Shown: positions 37,060-47,031 of the stretch, one piece after another
How the letters are laid out: each line of letters opens with the position of its first letter
Numbering within the stretch: position 1 is the first letter of the stretch
Source of the DNA: an uncultured Pseudomonadales bacterium
GTDB taxonomy: Bacteria; Patescibacteriota; Microgenomatia; UBA1400; PJMF01
Length of the DNA stretch: 64,000 nucleotides
Assembly: GCA_964412775.1 (NCBI GenBank)
Contig: CAYPPX010000001.1
Location: forward strand, 226,699 to 290,698
Direction of reading: 5' to 3'
Notes under the pieces: generated by a model
Told to the model about the DNA's origin: nothing
Database searches by the model: none
Seen by the model: only the letters and a program-made list of their open reading frames with translations
Program-made: the position numbers and the translations under genes

Positions 37060-38496
37060 ATGAAACTAACAAAATCACTCTTCTTAAGCTACCTAGAATC
37101 TCCACTACATATGTGGTTGTCAGTGCACAGTGATACTCCACCAAAGCCACCATCCCTGTACGACCAACATACGATAAAGCAAGGGTATAGCATTGAAAAA
37201 TTAGCGAAAGAATTTCTACAACGAAAAGTTGCGACTCAGTATCCTGCTGGCACAACACTCTCATTCGAAGCAACACTAACTGATGGGAACTATGAATCTC
37301 GCATTGATGCGTTGGTTCATGACACCGTAAACAATACCTATGATCTGTATGAAATCAAAAGTAGCACCACCATCCACCCTGAGCACAAATATGACGTGAC
37401 CTTTCAGTATTTAGTAGGCAAAGCCACTCTTCCGATCAACAAAGTTTATTTAGTCAGGGTCAACAGTGACTATCAACGAGCTGGGGAGATTGATATCAAT
37501 GAACTCTTCATCGTGGAAGACATGACTGACCACATTGCCAAAAAAGAAGATGAGGTGTATCAACTCAGGTCTGAAGCATGGGGAGTGATGCGACTTGAAC
37601 AAGAACCAAGTGACGAGCATTGTTTTAATCCAGGTACCTGTATCTATCCTGAACACTGCTTCTCTCATCTACCCGATGGCTCAATCTATGAGCTGGGCAG
37701 AGCCAGCAAGAAACAATATAGCGAGCTCCTGGATATGGGAGTGAAGTTGGTCAAAGATATTCCCGATACGTTTACCAGTAACTATAAGCAAAGACTGCAA
37801 ATTCAATCCGCCAGACAAGACCAACCAATCATTGATCACGATGCCATTGCAGAAGAATTAAGTAGGCTGGAATATCCCATCTACTTCTTAGACTATGAAA
37901 CTTATGGCGAAGCCTTACCCATGTACGATGGCTACAAGCCGTATCAGCAGGCAGTAACACAGTTTTCCATCCATGTAGTTCGTCATCCTGGTAGCGATGA
38001 CTTTGAACATTACGAGTGTCTAGCCACAGAATCTGGCGATCCAGCACGACATCTAGCTACAGAGCTGTGCAATGTCATTGGCGACACTGGCTCAGTGATT
38101 GTCTGGAACAAAGGCTTTGAGTGTGGCAGGAATGATGAGTTAGCTATTTTATGCCCTGATCTTTCATCACAACTCAAAAGTATTAATGAGCGAGTTTATG
38201 ACTTGATGGATGTGTTCAAAAATGGCTTGTATGTCGATCACCGTTTCCATGGCAGTGCATCGATCAAAAAAGTCTTGCCCGTGCTATGTCCTGAACTGAG
38301 TTACAAAGAACTAGAAATTGGTGAGGGTACCAAAGCTATGCTTGCTTGGCATGAGATGGTCTATGGAGCTATAACTGCGGAAGAAAAAGAACAAATTAGA
38401 CAAAACCTACTGACCTACTGCAAACTCGATACCTGGGCAATGGTGGAGATTTGGAGAAAACTTAAGCAAGAGCCTCTGAAAGAGACAGCTTTGTAA
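37060..38496 (+). CDS. DUF2779-like protein: N-terminal PD-(D/E)xK (Cas4/RecB-like) plus C-terminal DnaQ/RNase-H-like exonuclease fold
   Basis: D-x-YEIK motif (YDLYEIKSST); Cys cluster CFNPGTCIYPEHC; exonuclease-like YFLDYETYG and KLDTWAMVEIW. Confidence 0.5.
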   Translation: MKLTKSLFLSYLESPLHMWLSVHSDTPPKPPSLYDQHTIKQGYSIEKLAKEFLQRKVATQYPAGTTLSFEATLTDGNYESRIDALVHDTVNNTYDLYEIKSSTTIHPEHKYDVTFQYLVGKATLPINKVYLVRVNSDYQRAGEIDINELFIVEDMTDHIAKKEDEVYQLRSEAWGVMRLEQEPSDEHCFNPGTCIYPEHCFSHLPDGSIYELGRASKKQYSELLDMGVKLVKDIPDTFTSNYKQRLQIQSARQDQPIIDHDAIAEELSRLEYPIYFLDYETYGEALPMYDGYKPYQQAVTQFSIHVVRHPGSDDFEHYECLATESGDPARHLATELCNVIGDTGSVIVWNKGFECGRNDELAILCPDLSSQLKSINERVYDLMDVFKNGLYVDHRFHGSASIKKVLPVLCPELSYKELEIGEGTKAMLAWHEMVYGAITAEEKEQIRQNLLTYCKLDTWAMVEIWRKLKQEPLKETAL

Positions 38497-38967
38497 CATC
38501 ATCACGTACAACTAAAACTATTCTCATATTTAAATCGGTCGGAAGAAGGTTTATTGCTTCTGTTAATTTATGTGCTGATATTTCTACTGGAATCTGATTT
38601 ATGCCAATTCCCAAAGCTGGAAAGGCAATAGATTCCAAACTATTTTTTTGAGACAGCAAAATACTGTTTAAGTAACAATCGGAAAGAGTATCTACACCAT
38701 GTTGATAAAACTTTGGCACAGCGGTATGAATAATACGCTTGAACGGAAGATTAAAAGCAGGAGTGATTATAGCTTTACCGAGTTCTAGAGTATTCTTGTT
38801 TATTTTTGTAATTCTAAGCGACAGTGATTTTCCAATTGAATTTTTCCAGCCCACTTAAATATTTCACCACATAAACCACTTCCAGCCAGCAGGCTTGGAT
38901 GTGCAGGATTAACAATTGCATCGACTTGCTGTTCAAAAATGTCATCTAGCAAGACTTCAATTTGCAT
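38462..38967 (-). pseudogene. Macro-domain (ADP-ribose-binding / deacylase) gene split by a -1 frameshift in an A5 run
   Basis: 38967-38800 encodes MQIEVLLDDIFEQQVDAIVNPAHPSLLAGSGLCGEIFKWAGK (macro N-terminal half). 38854-38462 encodes ...RIIHTAVPKFYQ...SIAFPALGIGINQIPVE (C-terminal half) in the -1 frame. Restoring one A in GGAAAAATTC joins them. Confidence 0.6.
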
Positions 38968-39925
38968 ATGAGAGCAATTCGATAGGAATGTTTTCAGGGA
39001 TAATCGTTGGAATCTTATTTTCTGTTGTTCTGATTCTTGGAAACTTGCTTGAGAAAATTGAGAGCAGACTACTCAGGGGATCAAAAGCTAATCTATTCTC
39101 ATTGAAATAGTTACTTGCTTCAAGCAAATCTTGATCATTATCAGCAATTTTTTCTAAATGATCTTGATTACGCTGATCCCACCTTACTCTGGATTCTTCT
39201 ACCATTCTTTTTACTTCATCTTCAGGTGTTTGAAATGCTTCAAGTTCATTCCAATCGATTGTTTTCCAACTATCATTCTCTAGTGCTGTAATAAACATCT
39301 TATTGAGGTGATCATACCCATCTGCTGTCTTCACAAGATAGTCATGAAACTCTTGGTTGACGTGGTCTGCCTTAAGTAGGCTATCAGCATTTTGTTTAAT
39401 TTTTGTAACATCTGCTGGAAGTTGATCTAACGTGAGCAGCCAATTGTCATAATCCTTAATGTCGTAAATGGATTGATCAATCTGAACTACCAGCATTAAG
39501 GTCTCTGTCATCAAATGTTCATTTCGTTTGCGGTTGCGAAAACTCTCCGAGAGTTTGTGATATTCCAACAAACTTGACTGTTTTAACCCAAGATAATGCT
39601 TATATTTATTTGGTAGAAAGAAGAATATTTTTTCTTGTTTAGAGTTGTACAAAGAGGCTTGTTCTAGTGATGAAAGAGCATTATCCAATTCATTCTCTAT
39701 GGCCTTGCCCAAACTGGCAAAGATCTCATCATCCACACGTTCAGGACCTTGCTGCCGAAGTGAAATACCTTGCTCTGCTTTACCTATAGAAATGTATGCA
39801 TTAGAAAAATTCTGCCGAAAACCTAATTCTAGTTCGTTGAAGTAGAATCTAGGAAACCAAGAAATGAATATGAAAATAGAGACTAGAATTACAAAGATGG
39901 GTATGAAGATATGAATTGTCTTCAT
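38957..39925 (-). CDS. Membrane-anchored hypothetical protein (N-terminal TM helix, 322 aa)
   Basis: MKTIHIFIPIFVILVSIFIFISWF TM segment. 4-nt overlap (ATGA) with the upstream methyltransferase gene, so same operon. Confidence 0.45.
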   Translation of the reverse strand: MKTIHIFIPIFVILVSIFIFISWFPRFYFNELELGFRQNFSNAYISIGKAEQGISLRQQGPERVDDEIFASLGKAIENELDNALSSLEQASLYNSKQEKIFFFLPNKYKHYLGLKQSSLLEYHKLSESFRNRKRNEHLMTETLMLVVQIDQSIYDIKDYDNWLLTLDQLPADVTKIKQNADSLLKADHVNQEFHDYLVKTADGYDHLNKMFITALENDSWKTIDWNELEAFQTPEDEVKRMVEESRVRWDQRNQDHLEKIADNDQDLLEASNYFNENRLAFDPLSSLLSIFSSKFPRIRTTENKIPTIIPENIPIELLSYAN

Positions 39926-42900
39926 TTAGACTGAGCTTCAATAATTTTAATTTCATCATCAGTTAAATTGTATAAGTGGTAAACCATTTCATCGATTTTT
40001 TTCTCTAAATTAATTTGTTCAATTGGTGGCCTTTCTGGATCATATCCATCAACTGAAGTAATTGCCAGCACTTGGTCAGTGAGATCAATAAAAGGCTGTT
40101 GCTCAGTTTCTGAAATTACTTTTATAGGAATTTCTGATAAAGGTCCTTTATAAAGTTCAAGAATATCGCCTTTTCTTTTACCTCTATTATATAGCCACAA
40201 ATAAATCAATTTAGAATTTAAAACAGATAGCAAATAAGCAATTTTCAAATTATTTTTTATAGAAGTTATGTAATAAACATCCCCAGCGCCAATAAGATTG
40301 CCGTTGGTTTTAGCAAATACATTCTTTTTAGAACGATACGGACACACAATATGGTCACCAGTGTCAACCAAGAAACTTCTTTTTGATCCTCTGAGCCAAT
40401 ACCAAGAGTTTTCATCATCGTTGACCTGTTCTCTAGCTTTTAATATTGGACGAAATTTTAAAAGGTAATTCTTTATCCAAGGATAATTTTGAATATTTAC
40501 TTCTGAATCAACATATATGTAGAACATTTCCTTTTTCAAAGAAACAAAAAACCTATGAATATCAGAATTCTTAATAAATGGCTTAATTATTTCATGTCTC
40601 TCAAACTGAGGAACTTTCTCATAAGTTTCAAAATCAATAATATAAATGTTTGATCCAACTTGAATATTATTTTTTGATAGATAATCATGAGTCACAAATT
40701 TATTTTCTAGAGCTCTATTAAGCAAAGCCTTACCAACAACATCTGCTCCAGATTGAACACCCATGTTTATATAACTGAGTTCACCCAAATTGACGCAGTT
40801 TGTTTTTATCTTGTTTAATAATTTTGATTTCTTAGAATCAGAATTATTTATACCTTCAAATCTAATATAGTTATTCTCACCATCATATATCTGACTTTGA
40901 GATAAAGTTAAATACTTGCTTTCATCATTCTTATTGTGAATTATCTCTGTTAACAAGCTTTCGCTAGCCGTACCATTTTTGTTTGTGACAATTATTTTTG
41001 CATGGTTATCTTTATCAATTTGTTTTTCAAAAATAGTGATCATGTTATGTTGCCCAAGAGCAGACTTAAATATTCTAAGTTCATTAAAATTAATTAAATT
41101 CCTAATAACAGATCTAGTTTTTAAGTCTAATCTAAGCTTTTTTGCACCATCAGCTGTAATAAAATAATTAGTTGTAATAAAAGCATTTTGAGATTCTTCT
41201 TTACCAATATTTAATGCTAAATGAAAGAAAAAATAAAAAAGATCCATTTTTCTTTGGTAAAATGACTTTAGATTTCCATTGCTGATTTCTCTAAAGATTT
41301 TTTTATTGCCTTTTTCTCCTACATAAGGTGGGTTCCCAATAACTATATCGAAACCTCCTTTTTCCTTGAATACATCACTGAATTCTAGTTTCCAAATAAA
41401 AAATGGTTTAATATTTTTATGTCTTAGCTTAATTAAATTGTTAAGCTCTTTAATCTTCTTCTGTTCTTTGAATGATTCCTCAATAATTTCCCATTTCAAG
41501 TTATCAATATCTTCTTTTAGTGTCTGTTTTTTTGTTTTCTGTGATTCGTCCACATACTGACTTATTTTATTTTGCAGATCTTCAAGTTTTATTTCTGAGT
41601 TTGATTTGCCAAAACCAAAAGGCAACTGCTCAGCCTTGAATTCTTTAGATTTCTTAAATATTCCTTCATCAAATAACTTAATTCCTTCATACTCCGAAAT
41701 CAGACTATTGCCTTGCATTATTTTGTGGTCAAGGTTGGGGAGTGGACTTGGAGTAGATTCCTCCACAATAAGAGTTAGCCATAAACGTAGTTTGGCGATT
41801 TCTACTGCACCCGGATCGATATCAACTCCATGAATTGAATTAGATATTGCATGTTTTTTAAGTTGGTAGTCAGTTAGTCTCTTATCCAAATAAATGTTTA
41901 ATATTTTTCTAGCTCTAACAATCTCATTTATCATCCCTAACGGAAAAGCTCCTGACCCGACAGCTGGATCAGCCACTTTAATGTTCATTAGAAGTTCATC
42001 CAATTCATCTGCTTTCTTTATAATAGATTCAGCTAATAAGAGCTTGTAAGTCCCAGAATACTTATACCCCTTATTTTCCTTTTCTCTAATCTTTTTTAAA
42101 GCGATGCTGTCATTTTCAATAATTCTATCCCCAGTATAGATAAAACTTTCAATATCTTTTCTATCAATATTGTCAGTTTCTGATTCTAAGTAATTAATCA
42201 AACACTCTTGGCACATGTAATGAACAATTTCTCTAGGAGTATAGAAGGCACCCTTGCTTTTTCTATCTCTGACTTGGAGCAAATTTTCAAAAACCTTGCC
42301 GAGCATTTCTGGATCAACAGCAACCTCCTTTTCCAGTGGTTCATTTTCATTAACCGTAAAGTTATACCTATCAAAAACGTCTAGGATGCCATTACCCCTA
42401 TCTCCATTTTTTGTGGGGATATTATTAGAGAATACTTCGTCAGGAATGTTAATATCAGTTGTTTCCCAAGCGTAATCATTCATTGGCTCAAATAATCCAC
42501 CGTTTAAAAATGGCATCCTACAGTTGTTGAGTTTTGGGTAAAATGAGTTCTTGCCTCTATCCTGAGCCAGTGCCTCATAAAATAGTGGCTCTAATACATC
42601 ATCAAAAAAGTTTTTTCCATATTTTGATCTTCTATCAAATAGCTCTCTTAAAAAGTTTTTAGGTCCATCTCCCCAAGATTTATTTGGAGCTACCCCAAAC
42701 CAACCTTTCTTTTGAAGAAAGTAGAGAAATACAATTTGACCCATTGTCTTCTTTGCAAAATCAACAGTATCAATTTCTTTCGAACTAAACTCGTTTTTGA
42801 TATTTTCATCACTTAAAATTATTTTGTCTAAATTCTCTTTGAAAACCAAGAAAAGCTCCTTGTACTTTTCAAAGAACTCATTGGTTACAACTTCAATATC

Positions 42901-43455
42901 AAATGCTGATTCAAATTCCTCTAAGTTTGGTTTCTGATTGTTTACTAGAAGATTAACAAATCTACTCTGTGCAGTATGAGTACCTTCGTTTTTTCCAACC
43001 AAAAAAGACCATCTTTTTGCTGGAGTAATTTCTTCTATCGTAGTTATCTTGTTGTTTTTAACTTCTAGAGAGTGATCAAGCTTAATAAGTGAAAAACGCC
43101 AATCACTTTTACTTTGAGGGATGAACGCAACCAATGCAGCTAATTTATTATTAGATTTTAGATAGTCTGCAACAAAATTCCTTTGGGCAGTTCTTGCTTT
43201 ATCCAGAGATTTATCATTTGTTAAGCTTACTTCTAAAATATCTATCTTTTGTGATCTATCGTCTTCAAAATAGCCAATGACCTTATAGTTATCTATAAAT
43301 GGCTTAAAAGAATCTTTTACATACGTATTGTCAACATTTTTGTTAACTCTCGTAAAAACTTTCAGCAAATTACTAATAAATAGCTGAAACTTACTATCGT
43401 TAAACTCTGTACTAAAAACTTCCTTGATTATTCTTTTAGCATCATTCTGATTCAT
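39922..43455 (-). CDS. MmeI/PglX-like large N6-adenine DNA methyltransferase (1177 aa) with degenerate N-terminal nuclease-like domain and C-terminal specificity region
   Basis: Motif I ADPAVGSGAFPLG and motif IV VIGNPPYVG (gamma-class amino-MTase). N-terminal KIDILEVSLTNDKSLDKA aligns with the MmeI D-x-EMK-x-DLDKA nuclease motif, but Lys is replaced by Ser. Confidence 0.7.
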   Translation of the reverse strand: MNQNDAKRIIKEVFSTEFNDSKFQLFISNLLKVFTRVNKNVDNTYVKDSFKPFIDNYKVIGYFEDDRSQKIDILEVSLTNDKSLDKARTAQRNFVADYLKSNNKLAALVAFIPQSKSDWRFSLIKLDHSLEVKNNKITTIEEITPAKRWSFLVGKNEGTHTAQSRFVNLLVNNQKPNLEEFESAFDIEVVTNEFFEKYKELFLVFKENLDKIILSDENIKNEFSSKEIDTVDFAKKTMGQIVFLYFLQKKGWFGVAPNKSWGDGPKNFLRELFDRRSKYGKNFFDDVLEPLFYEALAQDRGKNSFYPKLNNCRMPFLNGGLFEPMNDYAWETTDINIPDEVFSNNIPTKNGDRGNGILDVFDRYNFTVNENEPLEKEVAVDPEMLGKVFENLLQVRDRKSKGAFYTPREIVHYMCQECLINYLESETDNIDRKDIESFIYTGDRIIENDSIALKKIREKENKGYKYSGTYKLLLAESIIKKADELDELLMNIKVADPAVGSGAFPLGMINEIVRARKILNIYLDKRLTDYQLKKHAISNSIHGVDIDPGAVEIAKLRLWLTLIVEESTPSPLPNLDHKIMQGNSLISEYEGIKLFDEGIFKKSKEFKAEQLPFGFGKSNSEIKLEDLQNKISQYVDESQKTKKQTLKEDIDNLKWEIIEESFKEQKKIKELNNLIKLRHKNIKPFFIWKLEFSDVFKEKGGFDIVIGNPPYVGEKGNKKIFREISNGNLKSFYQRKMDLFYFFFHLALNIGKEESQNAFITTNYFITADGAKKLRLDLKTRSVIRNLINFNELRIFKSALGQHNMITIFEKQIDKDNHAKIIVTNKNGTASESLLTEIIHNKNDESKYLTLSQSQIYDGENNYIRFEGINNSDSKKSKLLNKIKTNCVNLGELSYINMGVQSGADVVGKALLNRALENKFVTHDYLSKNNIQVGSNIYIIDFETYEKVPQFERHEIIKPFIKNSDIHRFFVSLKKEMFYIYVDSEVNIQNYPWIKNYLLKFRPILKAREQVNDDENSWYWLRGSKRSFLVDTGDHIVCPYRSKKNVFAKTNGNLIGAGDVYYITSIKNNLKIAYLLSVLNSKLIYLWLYNRGKRKGDILELYKGPLSEIPIKVISETEQQPFIDLTDQVLAITSVDGYDPERPPIEQINLEKKIDEMVYHLYNLTDDEIKIIEAQSK

Positions 43456-43460
43456 AAGAA

Positions 43461-46400
43461 TTAGTTACCTTTAAAGTATTCTGAGAGAATTATTTCCTTT
43501 TTTGTTGACGTGTTCATATTTACACCACTATCTGAATCTTCTAAAAATTCTGATGGAAGAGTAGTTTTTAAAATCCCCAAAATTTTAATTGGATTATTAA
43601 TAATCTCAATATTTTGAGATAGTTCTTGATAAATTTTCTGAGTTATTTTTTTGGGGATACCTCCACTATTAAGTTCAATGATAACTCTTCGGACATAGTC
43701 TTCATCATCTTCAGTAAATTTTTCATAATTTTTAACTTGCTTAGCGTTTAATATTTTATAAAGTCTAGCGGCATTATCTCTACTTCCTCTTTTGGTTGAA
43801 AATTCGTTTTCTTCATAATCTTCCATCTGATTTAACATAGAAAGATTTTTTTCAAGCAATTTGTAGAACAATTCATCAATTGCTAGTTTCTTCTCATTAA
43901 CATCAGCATGTAATATTTTTGCTGCTTCAATAAAGTCTATTTCACGCGCATCTGCAGAAGCAGAATTTTCGACAATAAAGAATTTTTGAATTTTCCCTTT
44001 TCTAAAGTATGTTAAAAGTTCTGTTTTTAAATTCTGGGATCTTCTTGCGGTACGAGCTTTTTTTGGGAGTCTTTTTATTTTTGCAAATAGCTTGGGATCA
44101 TTATCTCTGATATTTCTAATTTCTTGCAAATACCCCAAATCGCTTTCTTCATTTTGGTCTTCTCCCTCAATCATTTCCTTTGAAAGCATTCGGCTAAATA
44201 AGCTATGGCCTTCTGGAACTTCGTCATCTGTGAGAAGCTTGGCGTCAGCACCAAGCAAGGTAATGAATGCTTGGATTTTTGCTTCAGCTAGCTCCTTTAG
44301 CTTAATTTGCTCATTTGATTGTTCAGTGGGGAATAAAGTATAGGTGTAAATTTCTTTATGCTTGGTATCTACTCTGTTTATACGTCCCACTCTTTGCATA
44401 ATCTTGGTTGGATTCCAAGGAATATCATAGTTAATTACTACATTGGCTTGATGAAGATTAGCACCTTCAGAAAGAACATCAGTAGTTATTAAGACTTTAT
44501 AGTCGTCTTTTAGAATTCTAGAATTTGCATCAAAATTTTCCATCACAATTTCTCTCTCTGCTAGAGAACTGCCTCCGGAAAAATAAATGATTCGTTCTGG
44601 GAAAATGTCTTGTAGGTTTTTCAACAAATATTCTGCTGTTTCTTTTGATTCAGTAAAAATAATTGATTTCCCATTTTTTACCGGTTCTTCCAAAGACAAC
44701 TTTTCTTTAAAAGCTAAAATTTTAGGATCTCTAGAGATATTGGCCCACAGTCGCTTTATATTTCTCAAAATTTCTAAATCTTCATGTAAGTTCTTAATAA
44801 ATTCATCAGTAAAATCTTTTGTCTCAAATTTTTCAGCTTTTTTATCTTCTACTAGCTTATCGATTGACTCTAAATTTCCCTCATCTAAATAGTCAAATAT
44901 TTTTTGTATATGGCTTCTACTGACATAAACGCTTCCGTCCTCATATGCTTCAATAAATTTCTCGTAAGAGGAAATAAATCGATCAATTGTTTTGTTAAAT
45001 GCGTAGAAGCTACTTTCTAGTCTTTTTATCAACAGCATTTTCATGAATTTCATCATGTTTTTCTGTTGGTGCTTTTCTTGGTTGGTAATTCCTTTGTAAT
45101 ATAGAAGCGGAGTGTAACGAGAGTACTTAAAATCATTCGTAATTATTTTTAAAGTCTCAAAAAATACAGTGTCTTCTTCTTTACTAAATTCATAAAAGAT
45201 AGGCGCAGGATCGGCAATTTTAGGAAAACTCATTTTTTGATTTTGTAGATCATCCCCGTAATATTTAACAATCTCGGCTCTAGTTCTTCTGACCATCAAA
45301 TATTTAAGAACTTTTTCCCTAATAAGCCTGGAGTTTTCTTTTGTTACATCAATGTATTTCTGCTTATCTTTTTTACGATCTAAATCTTCTAATTTTTTAT
45401 CCAAAACCTTAAAAAAGCCTTCCAAGTTTGGTAAGTTGGGAATTGTACTTTGTTTAGATCTTTGAAAGAGTTTTATTTGAGAAAGTAGGTCTTTTGGCGA
45501 ATTATTATATGGAGTAGCTGTAACAAGAATAACTTTTTTTCCTCGACAAATTTGGGCTAGCTTTGCATAAGTTTCAGTTTCTTCTGTGCGGAAACGATGT
45601 GATTCGTCAATCAAAACTATGTCAAATTCTTTATGCAAATCCTTATCGATGATTTTATCCAGCATTCCAATTGACTCACATCTATAATCTTTAGATCTGA
45701 AACCAAAGTTTTTGAAAGAATTCTTCCAGCTACCTTCATTATTTTCATCGATCAAGTGAGGAGGAGCTAATACCAAAATTCTTCCAGCTAATTCCTGGCA
45801 AAGCATGGTGCCCATGTATGTCTTACCAAGACCAACAACATCTGATAAGAATACACCACCATATTCATCAACAATTTTCTTTGCATTGATAACAGCATGA
45901 TCTTGATATTTCAGTTCTTTAAAATTATCTGGTCTGTAATTATGACTTAAATTTTCTTCTTCATTAATTTCTTCTCTGAAGTATTCATAGAGAAATTTTA
46001 AATAGAGTTCATATGGAGTAATGTCTTCTCTAATCCAGGTATCATTTTCAATTGTTTCAATATACTTTTCACTGACATCGATGCCATTTTCCCAGAGTTC
46101 GTTAAATTTATTTAATGCAAATTTATAGTCTGAGGGATTTTTAAGTTCAACGTTAAACTCTAAATTATCTACTAAACCACTTTGTGTAAAATTGCTAGAA
46201 CCCGTAATCACCCTTCCAAGATCTCGATCATCTTCATCAAAAGTCATTATGTAGAGTTTTGAATGGATCTTTTCCTCAGGGTAAGCCCTGACTTCAAGCT
46301 TTCCAGATTTTAACCATTCAAGAAACTTATGTACTCCTGCCTCAACCTTATGGTTATTTTCACTCTCATCCATTTCATTTTTAATACTTTCTCCAATATC

Positions 46401-46658
46401 ATCACCAATTTCCTTATATGATTTTGAAACCTGAAGAAGATTGTATGTTTGTCTATTGGTACTAATCCCGATTAAGATTCTGATCTTTTCAGTTTTTTCA
46501 AGCTGAGGGTAGATAGCATAAAATCCACTAGTATAAAAATATCCAACCAAAATATCGAATAAACGAGTGTCTTTAACTAAAACATTAAATCTACTTTTTA
46601 GGTTTTCGCCATTTTCATTAGTAATAAATGTTAAGTCTGTACTCATATTTATACGCAT
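43461..46658 (-). CDS. Fusion of PLD-family (HKD) nuclease domain and SF2/SNF2-like helicase (1065 aa)
   Basis: HKD motif IHSKLYIMTF...GRVITGSSNFT; helicase motifs I VGLGKTY, II VLIDESHRF, III LVTATP, VI QRVGRINR. A 5-nt gap separates it from the downstream MTase gene, so it is co-transcribed. Confidence 0.7.
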   Translation of the reverse strand: MRINMSTDLTFITNENGENLKSRFNVLVKDTRLFDILVGYFYTSGFYAIYPQLEKTEKIRILIGISTNRQTYNLLQVSKSYKEIGDDIGESIKNEMDESENNHKVEAGVHKFLEWLKSGKLEVRAYPEEKIHSKLYIMTFDEDDRDLGRVITGSSNFTQSGLVDNLEFNVELKNPSDYKFALNKFNELWENGIDVSEKYIETIENDTWIREDITPYELYLKFLYEYFREEINEEENLSHNYRPDNFKELKYQDHAVINAKKIVDEYGGVFLSDVVGLGKTYMGTMLCQELAGRILVLAPPHLIDENNEGSWKNSFKNFGFRSKDYRCESIGMLDKIIDKDLHKEFDIVLIDESHRFRTEETETYAKLAQICRGKKVILVTATPYNNSPKDLLSQIKLFQRSKQSTIPNLPNLEGFFKVLDKKLEDLDRKKDKQKYIDVTKENSRLIREKVLKYLMVRRTRAEIVKYYGDDLQNQKMSFPKIADPAPIFYEFSKEEDTVFFETLKIITNDFKYSRYTPLLYYKGITNQEKHQQKNMMKFMKMLLIKRLESSFYAFNKTIDRFISSYEKFIEAYEDGSVYVSRSHIQKIFDYLDEGNLESIDKLVEDKKAEKFETKDFTDEFIKNLHEDLEILRNIKRLWANISRDPKILAFKEKLSLEEPVKNGKSIIFTESKETAEYLLKNLQDIFPERIIYFSGGSSLAEREIVMENFDANSRILKDDYKVLITTDVLSEGANLHQANVVINYDIPWNPTKIMQRVGRINRVDTKHKEIYTYTLFPTEQSNEQIKLKELAEAKIQAFITLLGADAKLLTDDEVPEGHSLFSRMLSKEMIEGEDQNEESDLGYLQEIRNIRDNDPKLFAKIKRLPKKARTARRSQNLKTELLTYFRKGKIQKFFIVENSASADAREIDFIEAAKILHADVNEKKLAIDELFYKLLEKNLSMLNQMEDYEENEFSTKRGSRDNAARLYKILNAKQVKNYEKFTEDDEDYVRRVIIELNSGGIPKKITQKIYQELSQNIEIINNPIKILGILKTTLPSEFLEDSDSGVNMNTSTKKEIILSEYFKGN

Positions 46659-46784
46659 GCCTTTGTCAGTCAGTAATTAATTAGGGTCTTGCCTAGAATT
46701 TATCCACTACATGATTAATTATAGACCATAAACTCTTAGCTTGGGTTATCAATATCAATGAAAGTAACAGTACATGCTTCTATG

Positions 46785-46830
46785 TCAACGCATGTGCGTT
46801 TATATGCGCGCATATGCGTATATATGCATT
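46785..46830. repeat. Cluster of overlapping ATGCG/CGCAT palindromes in the divergent intergenic region
   Basis: ACGCATGTGCGTTTATATGCGCGCATATGCGTATATATGCAT. It contains the 10-bp perfect palindrome ATGCGCGCAT and repeated TATATGCG units. Confidence 0.7.
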
Positions 46831-47031
46831 GAAATATCAATCTAATTTGCCATTTTTCCTATTGTATTTTCGTTTGGAATGATTTAGCATGAATTTACTC
46901 GCAAGAGTCGTGTGCGGACACGTTAAATGACGCATTTCAAAATAGTTCTTTGTTGTCTCCAGGAGGCAACTAAAAGGTATTTTGGGATGCGTCTTTTTTT
47001 TATCAATTTTTCCGCAGATGAAAGGAGTGAT

